Origin: a virus
Direction: 5' to 3' (one strand)
Virus record (IMG/VR): IMGVR_UViG_3300033186_000013
Span: 1-64,000 of that record
Length of the DNA: 64,000 nucleotides
Below are positions 1-7,465 of this stretch, piece by piece. Positions within the stretch are counted from its first letter, which is position 1. Every line of letters starts with the position of its first letter. The translations under genes and the position numbers were made by a program. The notes beneath the pieces were generated by a model. The model saw nothing but the letters and a program-made list of their open reading frames with translations, had not been told where the DNA came from and searched no databases.

Positions 1-366
1 AACAGTTTGGACGTTGAGAGCGCAAAAAAGGCACTCAACAAAGAGCAAGCCCGCAAAGACCGTCTATTTAAAGCAGAGGTTAAGCAATTCAAGGCGCACA
101 AAATTAACCGCCTTAAATACTCAACAAAGCAATACGACGTATTAAGAATGTCGAAAGATGGGACGTATATCGAAACGAATCAGGGTATAACGGTAAGTAC
201 CAAAGAGGCGAAAAGGTTGTTAAACCTCATCGACAACAAAAAGATAATAGGGGCTAAAGTAAATGACCAGTTCACCGTAACGGCTTTTAACGGCATATTT
301 CGCGCGGGTTGCCATAACATACCCGTAAATGAAATAAACGAAATACGCAAGGAATTACAGTCGTAA
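1..366 (+). CDS. hypothetical early protein (5' end probably outside window)
   Basis: Frame is open from base 1. Track ORF 7..366 begins at a TTG. No recognisable motif. Confidence 0.55.
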   Translation, partial: NSLDVESAKKALNKEQARKDRLFKAEVKQFKAHKINRLKYSTKQYDVLRMSKDGTYIETNQGITVSTKEAKRLLNLIDNKKIIGAKVNDQFTVTAFNGIFRAGCHNIPVNEINEIRKELQS

Positions 367-419
367 GGGCGACTTAAAAGAGACTGTTAAGCCCTTAGCG
401 TCCGCCCTAAATTGGGCGG
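365..419 (+). repeat. bipartite stem-loop intergenic element, copy 1
   Basis: Stem AAGGGC(365-370)/GCCCTT(391-396), then AGCGT(397-401), then GC hairpin CCGCCC(402-407)/GGGCGG(414-419). Followed by GTCAGTTAAA and the leader AAAAACAACATT before ATG 446. Confidence 0.6.
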
Positions 420-445
420 GGTCAGTTAAATTTAAAAACAACATT

Positions 446-691
446 ATGAACACAAATTTATCACTATGGTTTAAGCACCTGCCATTCGGGACGCTAAACA
501 AAATCTTCGGCATAGACCTAAATGTTATGCCTGATGACGAAGTACAGGAAACACTATCTAACTGCGGGACATTCTTTGACAGCCTGACAGTAGAAAAGCA
601 AAGGGAAATTTATACTAATTACGATTTTGCGACTGTGATGGCTAACGGAGTTAGCGAGCAGTTCGGGGGATGGGTAAATTCAATCGGATAA
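446..691 (+). CDS. hypothetical protein
   Basis: 81-aa ORF. A-rich leader is shared with starts 1681 and 2058. No domain recognised. Confidence 0.6.
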   Translation: MNTNLSLWFKHLPFGTLNKIFGIDLNVMPDDEVQETLSNCGTFFDSLTVEKQREIYTNYDFATVMANGVSEQFGGWVNSIG

Positions 692-703
692 AAACAGCGA
701 AAA

Positions 704-1060
704 ATGAGAGAATTCAACGTAAAGTCTTATCACACGGTATTCGTGGACGACTATAAAGAAGGTGAAGGCGAGCAAGTGAACTACTACCCACTTGACGCAA
801 CGATAACGGCAGAGACAGCGAAAGACGCGGTTATCGAATACTTTGCAGAGCATTTATACTATTCGTTCGACTATGGACGGGCAGAGTTGAGCGAATGCGG
901 GTGCTTTATTCAATGGGGTAATTTGGTTGACGCTGATAATTCAGAGGCGAGCGAATCACAGATTGAACGATGGAAAAAAGGCGAAGAAAAACTATACTCA
1001 AATCGTATTGAAGTATCCGCCCAACTAATGATGCCAGTTGATTTTAATGATTTACCATAA
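704..1060 (+). CDS. hypothetical acidic protein
   Basis: 118 aa, visibly D/E-rich. No domain recognised. Confidence 0.6.
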   Translation: MREFNVKSYHTVFVDDYKEGEGEQVNYYPLDATITAETAKDAVIEYFAEHLYYSFDYGRAELSECGCFIQWGNLVDADNSEASESQIERWKKGEEKLYSNRIEVSAQLMMPVDFNDLP

Positions 1061-1221
1061 TGAAAGGAACACACACTTTAGCAGAGTTGCGAGGCACAAA
1101 AGGATTTTTTATGCACAGCAACGGAACAGTAACGACGCGTTATGGTTCATCGACGGTAAACTATTGGCAGGAATGCGCCGACGGTAAGTATATAAATTAC
1201 GACTGTAAAACAATTTCGTAA
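1060..1221 (+). CDS. small hypothetical protein (53 aa, not in ORF track)
   Basis: ATG overlaps the upstream stop (TAATG). Translation starts MKGTHTLAELRGTKGFFMHSNGTVTTRYG and ends KTIS*. It fills the gap before element copy 2. Confidence 0.4.
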   Translation: MKGTHTLAELRGTKGFFMHSNGTVTTRYGSSTVNYWQECADGKYINYDCKTIS

Positions 1222-1226
1222 CTCGA

Positions 1227-1284
1227 CACGGCGAGTATAAACAGGCTTTTAAGCCGTGAGCGTGCGCCCCAAGCATTCGGGCGC
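1227..1284 (+). repeat. bipartite stem-loop intergenic element, copy 2
   Basis: Stem CACGGC(1227-1232)/GCCGTG(1253-1258) with GAGTATAAA in the loop, then AGCGT(1259-1263), then GC hairpin GCGCCC(1264-1269)/GGGCGC(1279-1284). Followed by GGTAAGTAAAAG. Confidence 0.6.
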
Positions 1285-1310
1285 GGTAAGTAAAAGTTCA
1301 TTGACAATTA

Positions 1311-1366
1311 GAGGGGAATTTTAACGGGTGATGCGTAGAACCCCTCGCGAATAAAGAAACCCGTTA
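1311..1366 (+). other. pseudoknot-capable RNA structure in the leader of ORF 1388
   Basis: GAGGGG(1311-1316)/CCCCTC(1341-1346) interleaves with TAACGGGT(1322-1329)/ACCCGTTA(1359-1366). An A-rich linker GCGAATAAAGAA lies between the two 3' arms. Confidence 0.35.
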
Positions 1367-1387
1367 GTAATTTAAAATTTCTTGGTG

Positions 1388-1603
1388 ATGAAAAACCTGA
1401 AATTTACCCACGTACTTAGCGTATGCCTGCTCGCGATAGTGATTTACCTATCGTACAAAGCGGGACGAAATAACTGCCCGTCAGTTATTGAGGTGCAAAG
1501 CGAAATTGCAGACCGCTATTTTAAGTACATCGGGAATCCTGAAACGCTGAAAGAGCAATGTACTTTCGAGTACGTTATCTACGGCGAATGCGACGAAGAT
1601 TAA
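1388..1603 (+). CDS. small membrane-anchored protein
   Basis: Track ORF 1382 starts at TTG. The ATG at 1388 gives MKNLKFTHVLSVCLLAIVIYLSY, one N-terminal hydrophobic helix. Confidence 0.55.
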   Translation: MKNLKFTHVLSVCLLAIVIYLSYKAGRNNCPSVIEVQSEIADRYFKYIGNPETLKEQCTFEYVIYGECDED

Positions 1604-1648
1604 TCGTCGTCAGGAATTAGGAAAGTCCCGCGTCCATCGTGGCGCGGG
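1591..1648 (+). repeat. bipartite stem-loop intergenic element, copy 3 (degenerate)
   Basis: Stem CGACGA(1591-1596)/TCGTCG(1604-1609) spans the stop codon. Next comes AGT, then GC hairpin CCCGCGTC(1627-1634)/GGCGCGGG(1641-1648) with one G-U pair. Leader AATAAAACACAT precedes ATG 1681. Confidence 0.45.
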
Positions 1649-1680
1649 CATTCTAAAGTAAATAATAAAACACATATACG

Positions 1681-1953
1681 ATGGCAAAATTAAATTTAAT
1701 CCAGTTATGCCCCGACGACGGGCAAAAATCAATGAGTAGTTTCTACGGCGTTACCAATATGACGCTCGAATATATAAGGGAATTGCAGAAACTAAACGGC
1801 GGTTTTGGAATCGACGTAATTAGAACAGATTTTGAAGGGGACGAAACCCCGAACGAAACGGTAATTGAATACCTAAATACCAACGTGTTTTCTGATAGCA
1901 AACTCAATCAGATATTCACGGAAGATGCCCTGTCATTGAGGCTTTTAAATTGA
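1681..1953 (+). CDS. hypothetical protein
   Basis: 90-aa ORF after element copy 3. No domain recognised. Confidence 0.6.
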   Translation: MAKLNLIQLCPDDGQKSMSSFYGVTNMTLEYIRELQKLNGGFGIDVIRTDFEGDETPNETVIEYLNTNVFSDSKLNQIFTEDALSLRLLN

Positions 1954-1980
1954 TGACGTTTTTATTTTTAACTAACTCGT

Positions 1981-2034
1981 CTGTGCGAGTATAAATAGTT
2001 CTTAGGCACAGAGCGTCCCGCCAGTTTCGGCGGG
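1981..2034 (+). repeat. bipartite stem-loop intergenic element, copy 4
   Basis: Stem CTGTGC(1981-1986)/GCACAG(2006-2011) with GAGTATAAA in the loop, then AGCGT(2012-2016), then GC hairpin CCCGCC(2017-2022)/GGCGGG(2029-2034). Followed by GGTGAAATAAAAACACAT before ATG 2058. Confidence 0.6.
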
Positions 2035-2057
2035 GGTGAAATAAAAACACATTCAAT

Positions 2058-2405
2058 ATGGAATTAATACAAAAATACGACACACGAATTAGGATACAAT
2101 TCGGTTCAACGTCTATCTCTTTTGGAGAAACAACGGTTGATGAAGTGTATCGAATTGCAAAAAAGGTGTTTGAAAATGTGAGAGTTGATAGAACAGTTCA
2201 CATTAAAGACCATCTTGTTACGGAGAAAGTCTCCAAAGAAGATAGGCTTTCATTTACAGTTTTAGTCAAAGAGATAGACTACTCAAAGCATAAGAATACA
2301 CAAGGGGCTGCATTAGGCTCAAAAAGTTTCATTCTTAATGCTATATCACAAGAATACGCATTGGAGTTATTTAAAAATAATTACCAAAAATATATCAATA
2401 ATTAA
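2058..2405 (+). CDS. hypothetical protein
   Basis: 115-aa ORF. No domain recognised. Confidence 0.6.
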   Translation: MELIQKYDTRIRIQFGSTSISFGETTVDEVYRIAKKVFENVRVDRTVHIKDHLVTEKVSKEDRLSFTVLVKEIDYSKHKNTQGAALGSKSFILNAISQEYALELFKNNYQKYINN

Positions 2406-2416
2406 AAACAGAAACG

Positions 2417-2578
2417 ATGGCAAAACAAATGAAAACGTACCAAATTGACATAGACTTTTACTCTATGGAATTCAGAGTGCGCGCCAAGACAAAGGCGGAA
2501 GCCCGTAAAAAGGCAAAGAGTATGGTCGCTCGCAAAGCGCGCGGACACATCAATCATTTATACATTGATGAGGTATGA
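2417..2578 (+). CDS. small basic protein (53 aa, not in ORF track)
   Basis: Translation starts MAKQMKTYQIDIDFYSMEFRVRAKTKAEARKKAKSMVARKARGH. Its stop overlaps the next ATG (ATGA at 2575). Confidence 0.45.
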   Translation: MAKQMKTYQIDIDFYSMEFRVRAKTKAEARKKAKSMVARKARGHINHLYIDEV

Positions 2579-2871
2579 GTAGAGCAAGTAAATTAGTCGG
2601 TAAGACAATGACACATCCTGACTTTGGCAAGGTCGAAGTTACAGGGGTAAAAAATGGTAGCCGTACCATTGTAGAAATTCAAGTGGTACAGCGTGCTAAA
2701 GGATGGGACGAAGCAAGTCAAACTTACAAGCCAGTAAAATCATTCGTGCCGAATAGAGATATTAACGGCAAGGAAATAGGCAAAACGTTTCGTCAAAAAA
2801 CGTACAGCGATAGGCATAGTGGCTATGGCGATACGGATGAGGTACATTTTAACACACTTTCAGAAATATGA
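2575..2871 (+). CDS. hypothetical protein
   Basis: Member of the ATGA-overlapping gene chain. No motif recognised. Confidence 0.6.
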   Translation: MSRASKLVGKTMTHPDFGKVEVTGVKNGSRTIVEIQVVQRAKGWDEASQTYKPVKSFVPNRDINGKEIGKTFRQKTYSDRHSGYGDTDEVHFNTLSEI

Positions 2872-3182
2872 TACACTTAATTATCACATCAAAAAAGAAT
2901 GAGCGCGTATGCTTCGCCACTAATTACGGCGAGGCATTCGACTTCATCGTGAAGAACCACGATGCGAAGGTTAGAACCATTGACTACACCGCAAAGACAA
3001 AGGTGTACGAAAAGAGAAAGTTTCTCACGGAATTCTACAAGTCAACAAATGATAAGACAAAGTTTTTTCAGTTGGCGGAACTGTGGATTAAAGGAACTAC
3101 TAATCTTAACGAGTACCTTATTTTGATGGGTGTTCGTGAGGATTATAAAACGTACAAGCAAAACCAAAATCGCACAGTATGA
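2868..3182 (+). CDS. hypothetical protein
   Basis: ATGA-coupled chain. No motif recognised. Confidence 0.6.
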   Translation: MIHLIITSKKNERVCFATNYGEAFDFIVKNHDAKVRTIDYTAKTKVYEKRKFLTEFYKSTNDKTKFFQLAELWIKGTTNLNEYLILMGVREDYKTYKQNQNRTV

Positions 3183-3688
3183 ACGAAGCATTATCCAAAG
3201 GACTTACCAAACAGGAAGCGCAAAGGGCTTATGATTTGACCAACCTACTTATGACCTTTGATGGTCAGGGTTTTGTTGGTAAAACCACATACAACAGAGA
3301 CTTCAATGTGCATTGGACGGAACTCATAACTTTTTCAGTTGAAAAATGGGATGAATTAATCAAAGGGCTTCGCAAAGTTTTGAACGAAAGACTGCCTGAC
3401 CGCCCATCAATACAGCACGGATTCATTACTCAAAAATGGGTCGTTGATGAAGATGCTTTTTCAATTTACGACGCGTTATCAACCGATACTATTTGCCAGT
3501 TTTTTGACGACGAGTGCGACGGTGATGCGACGTTCTTTAAGAACAGACACGAAATTGCAAAAGCAATAGCAGTAGTGCCACAACTTGTGCAACTTGCAGA
3601 AATGTATTTTGACACACTAAAATCAAAAGGTGCTTACGACAGCGTGCCATTCAATTTAGCATTAGAAACACTTAAAAGTTTAGAATGA
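3179..3688 (+). CDS. hypothetical protein
   Basis: ATGA-coupled chain. No motif recognised. Confidence 0.6.
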   Translation: MNEALSKGLTKQEAQRAYDLTNLLMTFDGQGFVGKTTYNRDFNVHWTELITFSVEKWDELIKGLRKVLNERLPDRPSIQHGFITQKWVVDEDAFSIYDALSTDTICQFFDDECDGDATFFKNRHEIAKAIAVVPQLVQLAEMYFDTLKSKGAYDSVPFNLALETLKSLE

Positions 3689-4026
3689 AATTAGAACGAA
3701 CAAAACAATGTAAAACTTGTCCCTTCAAAAAAGGGAATGACCCTTTTGATATTCCAAATTACGACGAGGAATTACACGAAGGGTTGAAGTCAACTATTGC
3801 AACTGATTTAAGTTTCGGAGACAGTTTGAAAATTATGGCTTGCCATTATTCTAAAATTGGAAACGAAACACCTTGCGTCGGATGGTTGGTTAACCAACTT
3901 GGGGCAGGAAACAACATAGGGCTTAGATTAAAGATGATGTCCTGTGAAAATGCTGATGAAATAGAAGTGTTCGGAGAACAGCACGAAAAATTTGAAGATA
4001 CATTACCAAAAAACAGAAACAAATGA
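3685..4026 (+). CDS. Cys-rich putative zinc-binding protein (paralogue of 8743..9108)
   Basis: The motif set CKTCPFKK, ACH and PCVGWL is shared with ORF 8743. It is reminiscent of DUF6283-type proteins, recalled from memory and unverified. Confidence 0.5.
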   Translation: MKLERTKQCKTCPFKKGNDPFDIPNYDEELHEGLKSTIATDLSFGDSLKIMACHYSKIGNETPCVGWLVNQLGAGNNIGLRLKMMSCENADEIEVFGEQHEKFEDTLPKNRNK

Positions 4027-4685
4027 TAGTTAAAATTAAAAACGAATTAACAGTAAACGGCGCGGGAAACCTAACCGTAGGAAGCACTCACGAAGTAGTT
4101 GCTTGTCCTAAAGAATATGAGAACAGATATAAGCATTGTATTTGGGTGATGGGCGAAACAGAGCCTATCAGATTACACCAAAGGGAATTTGAGATTATTG
4201 ACAGTAAAGACCCGACCCATCCTGCATACGCAATAGATGTTATTGAAATTGATATGGATGCTATGGGTAAGGCTTTGTCAGAGCAGTTACAGGAAAACCC
4301 ACAGTTTGCAGGAACTAATTACGAAATGCGTACAAGCCTTGCTATCATCAAGGGCGTATCCATCGCCACAGATGATGAAGCCTGCTACTTTGTAGATATT
4401 CATAAAGGGATGGACTTAGACTTCTACAAAGAGCGCACACAGAATTTCGATGAAGAAGGGAATTCTACTGGATACAGTATTGCAATGTTCCCATCAGGCG
4501 GAGTTACACTTACGCTGCCTGACATTCTTAAATTCAAAAAGAGAGACACCAATCTTGCTGAATTTATGGGTAGCAGATTCGGGTATAACCCTCGAATCAT
4601 AACGAACACACTTCACTTGATGAAGCACATAGAGGAACAAAAAGAACTTGATTCTCGCAGAGTAAAATTTGAATCTAAAAAGTAG
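4023..4685 (+). CDS. hypothetical protein
   Basis: 220-aa ORF in the coupled chain. No motif recognised. Confidence 0.6.
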   Translation: MIVKIKNELTVNGAGNLTVGSTHEVVACPKEYENRYKHCIWVMGETEPIRLHQREFEIIDSKDPTHPAYAIDVIEIDMDAMGKALSEQLQENPQFAGTNYEMRTSLAIIKGVSIATDDEACYFVDIHKGMDLDFYKERTQNFDEEGNSTGYSIAMFPSGGVTLTLPDILKFKKRDTNLAEFMGSRFGYNPRIITNTLHLMKHIEEQKELDSRRVKFESKK

Positions 4686-4688
4686 GAT

Positions 4689-5621
4689 ATGGACTTATTT
4701 AAAGGACACAATCCTTTTAGAAAGAGAACTGCTCAACAGGCTATGCCAACCGAAGCGGACATATCTATATTAAAAGAGATTGCAAAACTCACAGAAAAAA
4801 GAATCGAAACTGCCAGTCGATTGGCAGAAGATTATCAAGATGATTTTGACCGTATTACTGCTGATATAAATGAGATTTTAGAATACAACAGCACCTTAGA
4901 GGATGTTGGCAAAAACGATTTTCGTTTGGTCAATATTCCTCAAACTATTTTGGACGCGTATAATAAGGCAAAAGAGGCTTTAGGGATTGTTGGCGCAGGA
5001 AGCAAAACTACATACAGAAAAGAGCGTTTAAGAGAGATTCTAAAGAACGGTTTTGTTCCTAATGTAGATGCAGAATATATGTGTCATTACCCCGAAGATT
5101 TTGACAGGAAACTTGATAAAAAGGGCAACTGGATTATGATACTTGGAGACTATGCCATAGAGAATGCGCCCGACAAGTATAGTTTCCATTTTGCTACGCC
5201 AAAATCAAGACCTCATCATTTAGGAGACATGAAGGGTAGTAAGGCTTACCGCCTTTGGTACGCAAGTATAATTTGCAATAACCGAGAGGTGCTTATGAAT
5301 CCTTACGAGTATATTGTTGTGAGAGACATTGATACCATTCTTGATTCCGTAGATAATGGTATCAAAATGATTGAAGGAACTGCGTCAGCAAGGCTTGACA
5401 AAACCAAAGTGTTTTATCTAAAATCTCGTGGATTTTCACAGGCAGAAGTTTACAGAATACTTTTCAAGTCCGTTAAGACTAAGGGTGTTTGTCATTTTCA
5501 AGCCGAACCCGAACTATGCGAAATGTATGACTTGATACAGGAAGGATACCGCCCGACAATGGCACAGAAAATTGTCGAGCATTACAAAAATCTACCAACA
5601 GTTAAATTCAAAGCAGTATGA
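4689..5621 (+). CDS. SufB/SufD-like protein (only the C-terminal region is recognisable)
   Basis: The C-terminal segment EGTASARLDKTKVFYLKSRGFSQAEVYRILFKSV matches the conserved SufB/SufD C-terminal block (G-R-I/L-D then F-Y-L-R/K-S-R-G-I/F). The gene is ATGA-coupled to the SufC-like gene. The N-terminal ~200 aa are unrecognised. Confidence 0.6.
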   Translation: MDLFKGHNPFRKRTAQQAMPTEADISILKEIAKLTEKRIETASRLAEDYQDDFDRITADINEILEYNSTLEDVGKNDFRLVNIPQTILDAYNKAKEALGIVGAGSKTTYRKERLREILKNGFVPNVDAEYMCHYPEDFDRKLDKKGNWIMILGDYAIENAPDKYSFHFATPKSRPHHLGDMKGSKAYRLWYASIICNNREVLMNPYEYIVVRDIDTILDSVDNGIKMIEGTASARLDKTKVFYLKSRGFSQAEVYRILFKSVKTKGVCHFQAEPELCEMYDLIQEGYRPTMAQKIVEHYKNLPTVKFKAV

Positions 5622-6346
5622 TTAAGATAACAGGGCTTGAATGCCAAATAAAAAAGACGCAGATACTAAAAGGTATCGACTTGACAGCAAAGAAGGGCGA
5701 GATTCACGCTATTATGGGTAAAAACGGGTGCGGTAAATCAACTTTACTGCATACCTTGATGGGAAACCCTATCTATAAGGTGAATAACGGAAGTGTTGCT
5801 CTTAATTCTAACGACATAACAAGGGCAGAGGCAGACGATAGGTCTAAACTCGGTATGTTTATGTCTTTTCAGACACCCTACGAGTTTTTAGAGACAACCA
5901 CGTTAGAGATACTTACCCGTATGTGGGCGAAGGCTACTGGCAAGGACGCTAAAGCAAGCGATTTTGTTAACGCCAACAAAAAGGTTTTGGAAGAACTTAT
6001 GATAACAGATGAAATGCTAAACAGGGACTTCAATGTTGGGTTTAGCGGTGGTGAAAGAAAGCGTTTAGAGGTGCTTCAAATGCTCATCCTTAAACCATCT
6101 ATTTTGTTACTGGATGAAGTCGATACAGGTCTTGATATTGACAGCATAATACTCATAGGGAATGCCTTAAAGGATTATCAAAAAAAGAACAAGGCAACGG
6201 TACTCATCGTTACTCACCTATCTACCTTCCTAAAATACTTAGTGCCAAATAAGGTACACGTAATTCGTGATGGTGTGATAGTAAAAACTGGAAGCAAGAA
6301 ACTTGCCGAGCAGATTGTAGAAAAAGGATATTCATTTATAAAATAG
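5618..6346 (+). CDS. sufC: SufC-like Fe-S cluster assembly ABC ATPase
   Basis: Walker A GKNGCGKST, Q-loop MSFQTPYEF, signature FSGGERKRLEVLQMLILKP, Walker B LLLLDEVDTGLDIDSI, and H-loop region IVTHLSTFLKYLVPNKVHVIRDGVIVKTG. All closely follow the SufC pattern. There is no transmembrane domain. Confidence 0.85.
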   Translation: MIKITGLECQIKKTQILKGIDLTAKKGEIHAIMGKNGCGKSTLLHTLMGNPIYKVNNGSVALNSNDITRAEADDRSKLGMFMSFQTPYEFLETTTLEILTRMWAKATGKDAKASDFVNANKKVLEELMITDEMLNRDFNVGFSGGERKRLEVLQMLILKPSILLLDEVDTGLDIDSIILIGNALKDYQKKNKATVLIVTHLSTFLKYLVPNKVHVIRDGVIVKTGSKKLAEQIVEKGYSFIK

Positions 6347-6350
6347 AAAT

Positions 6351-6539
6351 ATGGAAACACCAAACAACACCGTAAGTAGAAAGCAGGAACGCAAACTATT
6401 TGTTTCAATAATAGTCCTGCTAATTGTTACCTATTATTACGCAGTATTCAGCCTTCAATCAGAGGCTAACGACCTTCGTAAAGAGTTAGACTCTTGCAAA
6501 GAAACACCTGTGCATTATGTTCAAACTGATAGCCAATAA
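6351..6539 (+). CDS. small membrane protein
   Basis: Single hydrophobic helix LFVSIIVLLIVTYYYAVF. Confidence 0.55.
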   Translation: METPNNTVSRKQERKLFVSIIVLLIVTYYYAVFSLQSEANDLRKELDSCKETPVHYVQTDSQ

Positions 6540-6756
6540 CCAACACATAGTCAAGTCGTATGATATTTATGACCTGTGGCGTTTCATTATGTCTAACAAA
6601 TTTGACTATGTGTTCCTGAACGGGTACGAAATTGTACCCGATACGGTATTCTTAAAAATATTCCTTGCGGAATCCCGTAACTATCAGGATTATTTAAGAT
6701 TAGAAAGGAAATTAAATACACCAATTACAATTTACGATTATGCAAAAAATTATTAA
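6517..6756 (+). CDS. hypothetical protein
   Basis: 79-aa ORF that overlaps its neighbours slightly. No motif recognised. Confidence 0.5.
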   Translation: MFKLIANNQHIVKSYDIYDLWRFIMSNKFDYVFLNGYEIVPDTVFLKIFLAESRNYQDYLRLERKLNTPITIYDYAKNY

Positions 6757-7045
6757 ACAGGCTTGGAAAACCAAAGACGGAAAAGTTCTTATGCCTAAAG
6801 ATTTTGGGGACACTCATCTTTTGAACACGATAAAGTTCATAGAAAATAAATGTGTCGCTCACCACGAAGAAGAATTGAACGCTTGTATGTCAGTATCTTT
6901 TCAAGGAGAAATGGCGCAGATGCACCAAGACCAATTTATTACACACAGCAAGCCCTCTGATTATTACCCACCGATTTACTATGACTTAATTGACGAGGCT
7001 GTTTCGAGAAACTTAATACCAAACGAAGATGCCAAAGACAACTAA
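6740..7045 (+). CDS. hypothetical protein
   Basis: 101-aa ORF. No motif recognised. Confidence 0.55.
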   Translation: MQKIIKQAWKTKDGKVLMPKDFGDTHLLNTIKFIENKCVAHHEEELNACMSVSFQGEMAQMHQDQFITHSKPSDYYPPIYYDLIDEAVSRNLIPNEDAKDN

Positions 7046-7448
7046 ATTCAAACAAGTTTTTGACTTGGCTAAAGAGCGAATCGCAGAACATAATTTAACC
7101 ATTGATGAACTGCATCGTAATACGGAGATACCCATTGAACTTTTAAGAATCATTCTTGATGATTCCACGAATGTAATAAATGACCTATCTCGCCTGTTTG
7201 AGTTTTTAAACATCCGAGTTTCAGCCCTTCCAAAATCTTTTAGACCATACATTATAACGGACGATGAGCAGCAGTTAAAAATTACACGCGTGATAGAACC
7301 AAGATGCTCAATGTACTACGATAAAATGGACGGAAAATGTTACAGTTTTTCGTATAAGAAAAAGAGATTGAAGCACGAGCCATCAGAAACAAAGGTTATT
7401 CAAAGTGAAATGAAAGCCTTGATTAACAAGCACTTGAACAGTATTTAA
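7029..7448 (+). CDS. putative DNA-binding protein (N-terminal HTH-like)
   Basis: The N-terminus FDLAKERIAEHNLTIDELHRNTEIPIELLRIILDD has an XRE-like helix-turn-helix pattern. This is a weak call. Confidence 0.35.
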   Translation: MPKTTKFKQVFDLAKERIAEHNLTIDELHRNTEIPIELLRIILDDSTNVINDLSRLFEFLNIRVSALPKSFRPYIITDDEQQLKITRVIEPRCSMYYDKMDGKCYSFSYKKKRLKHEPSETKVIQSEMKALINKHLNSI

Positions 7449-7465
7449 AGAATTGTTAATAACTT

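Noticed and set aside
704-1060. The acidic 118-aa early protein as an Ocr/ArdA-like DNA mimic.
   Set aside because: The only evidence is D/E richness and early position. There is no sequence similarity I can recognise and no periodic acidic pattern.
1311-1366. A preQ1-class riboswitch (H-type pseudoknot with A-rich 3' strand).
   Set aside because: The loop between the P1 arms is 24 nt and the helices are longer than in preQ1-I. The conserved loop nucleotides I recall are not present, and no queuosine-related gene is nearby.
365-2034. The GC-rich hairpin elements as a CRISPR array or solitary CRISPR-repeat mimics.
   Set aside because: The four hairpins have different stem sequences, irregular spacing (0.35-0.9 kb) and protein-coding genes between them, so this is not an array. 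Repeat mimicry cannot be excluded without host repeat sequences. The stem variability argues against mimicry of a single repeat.
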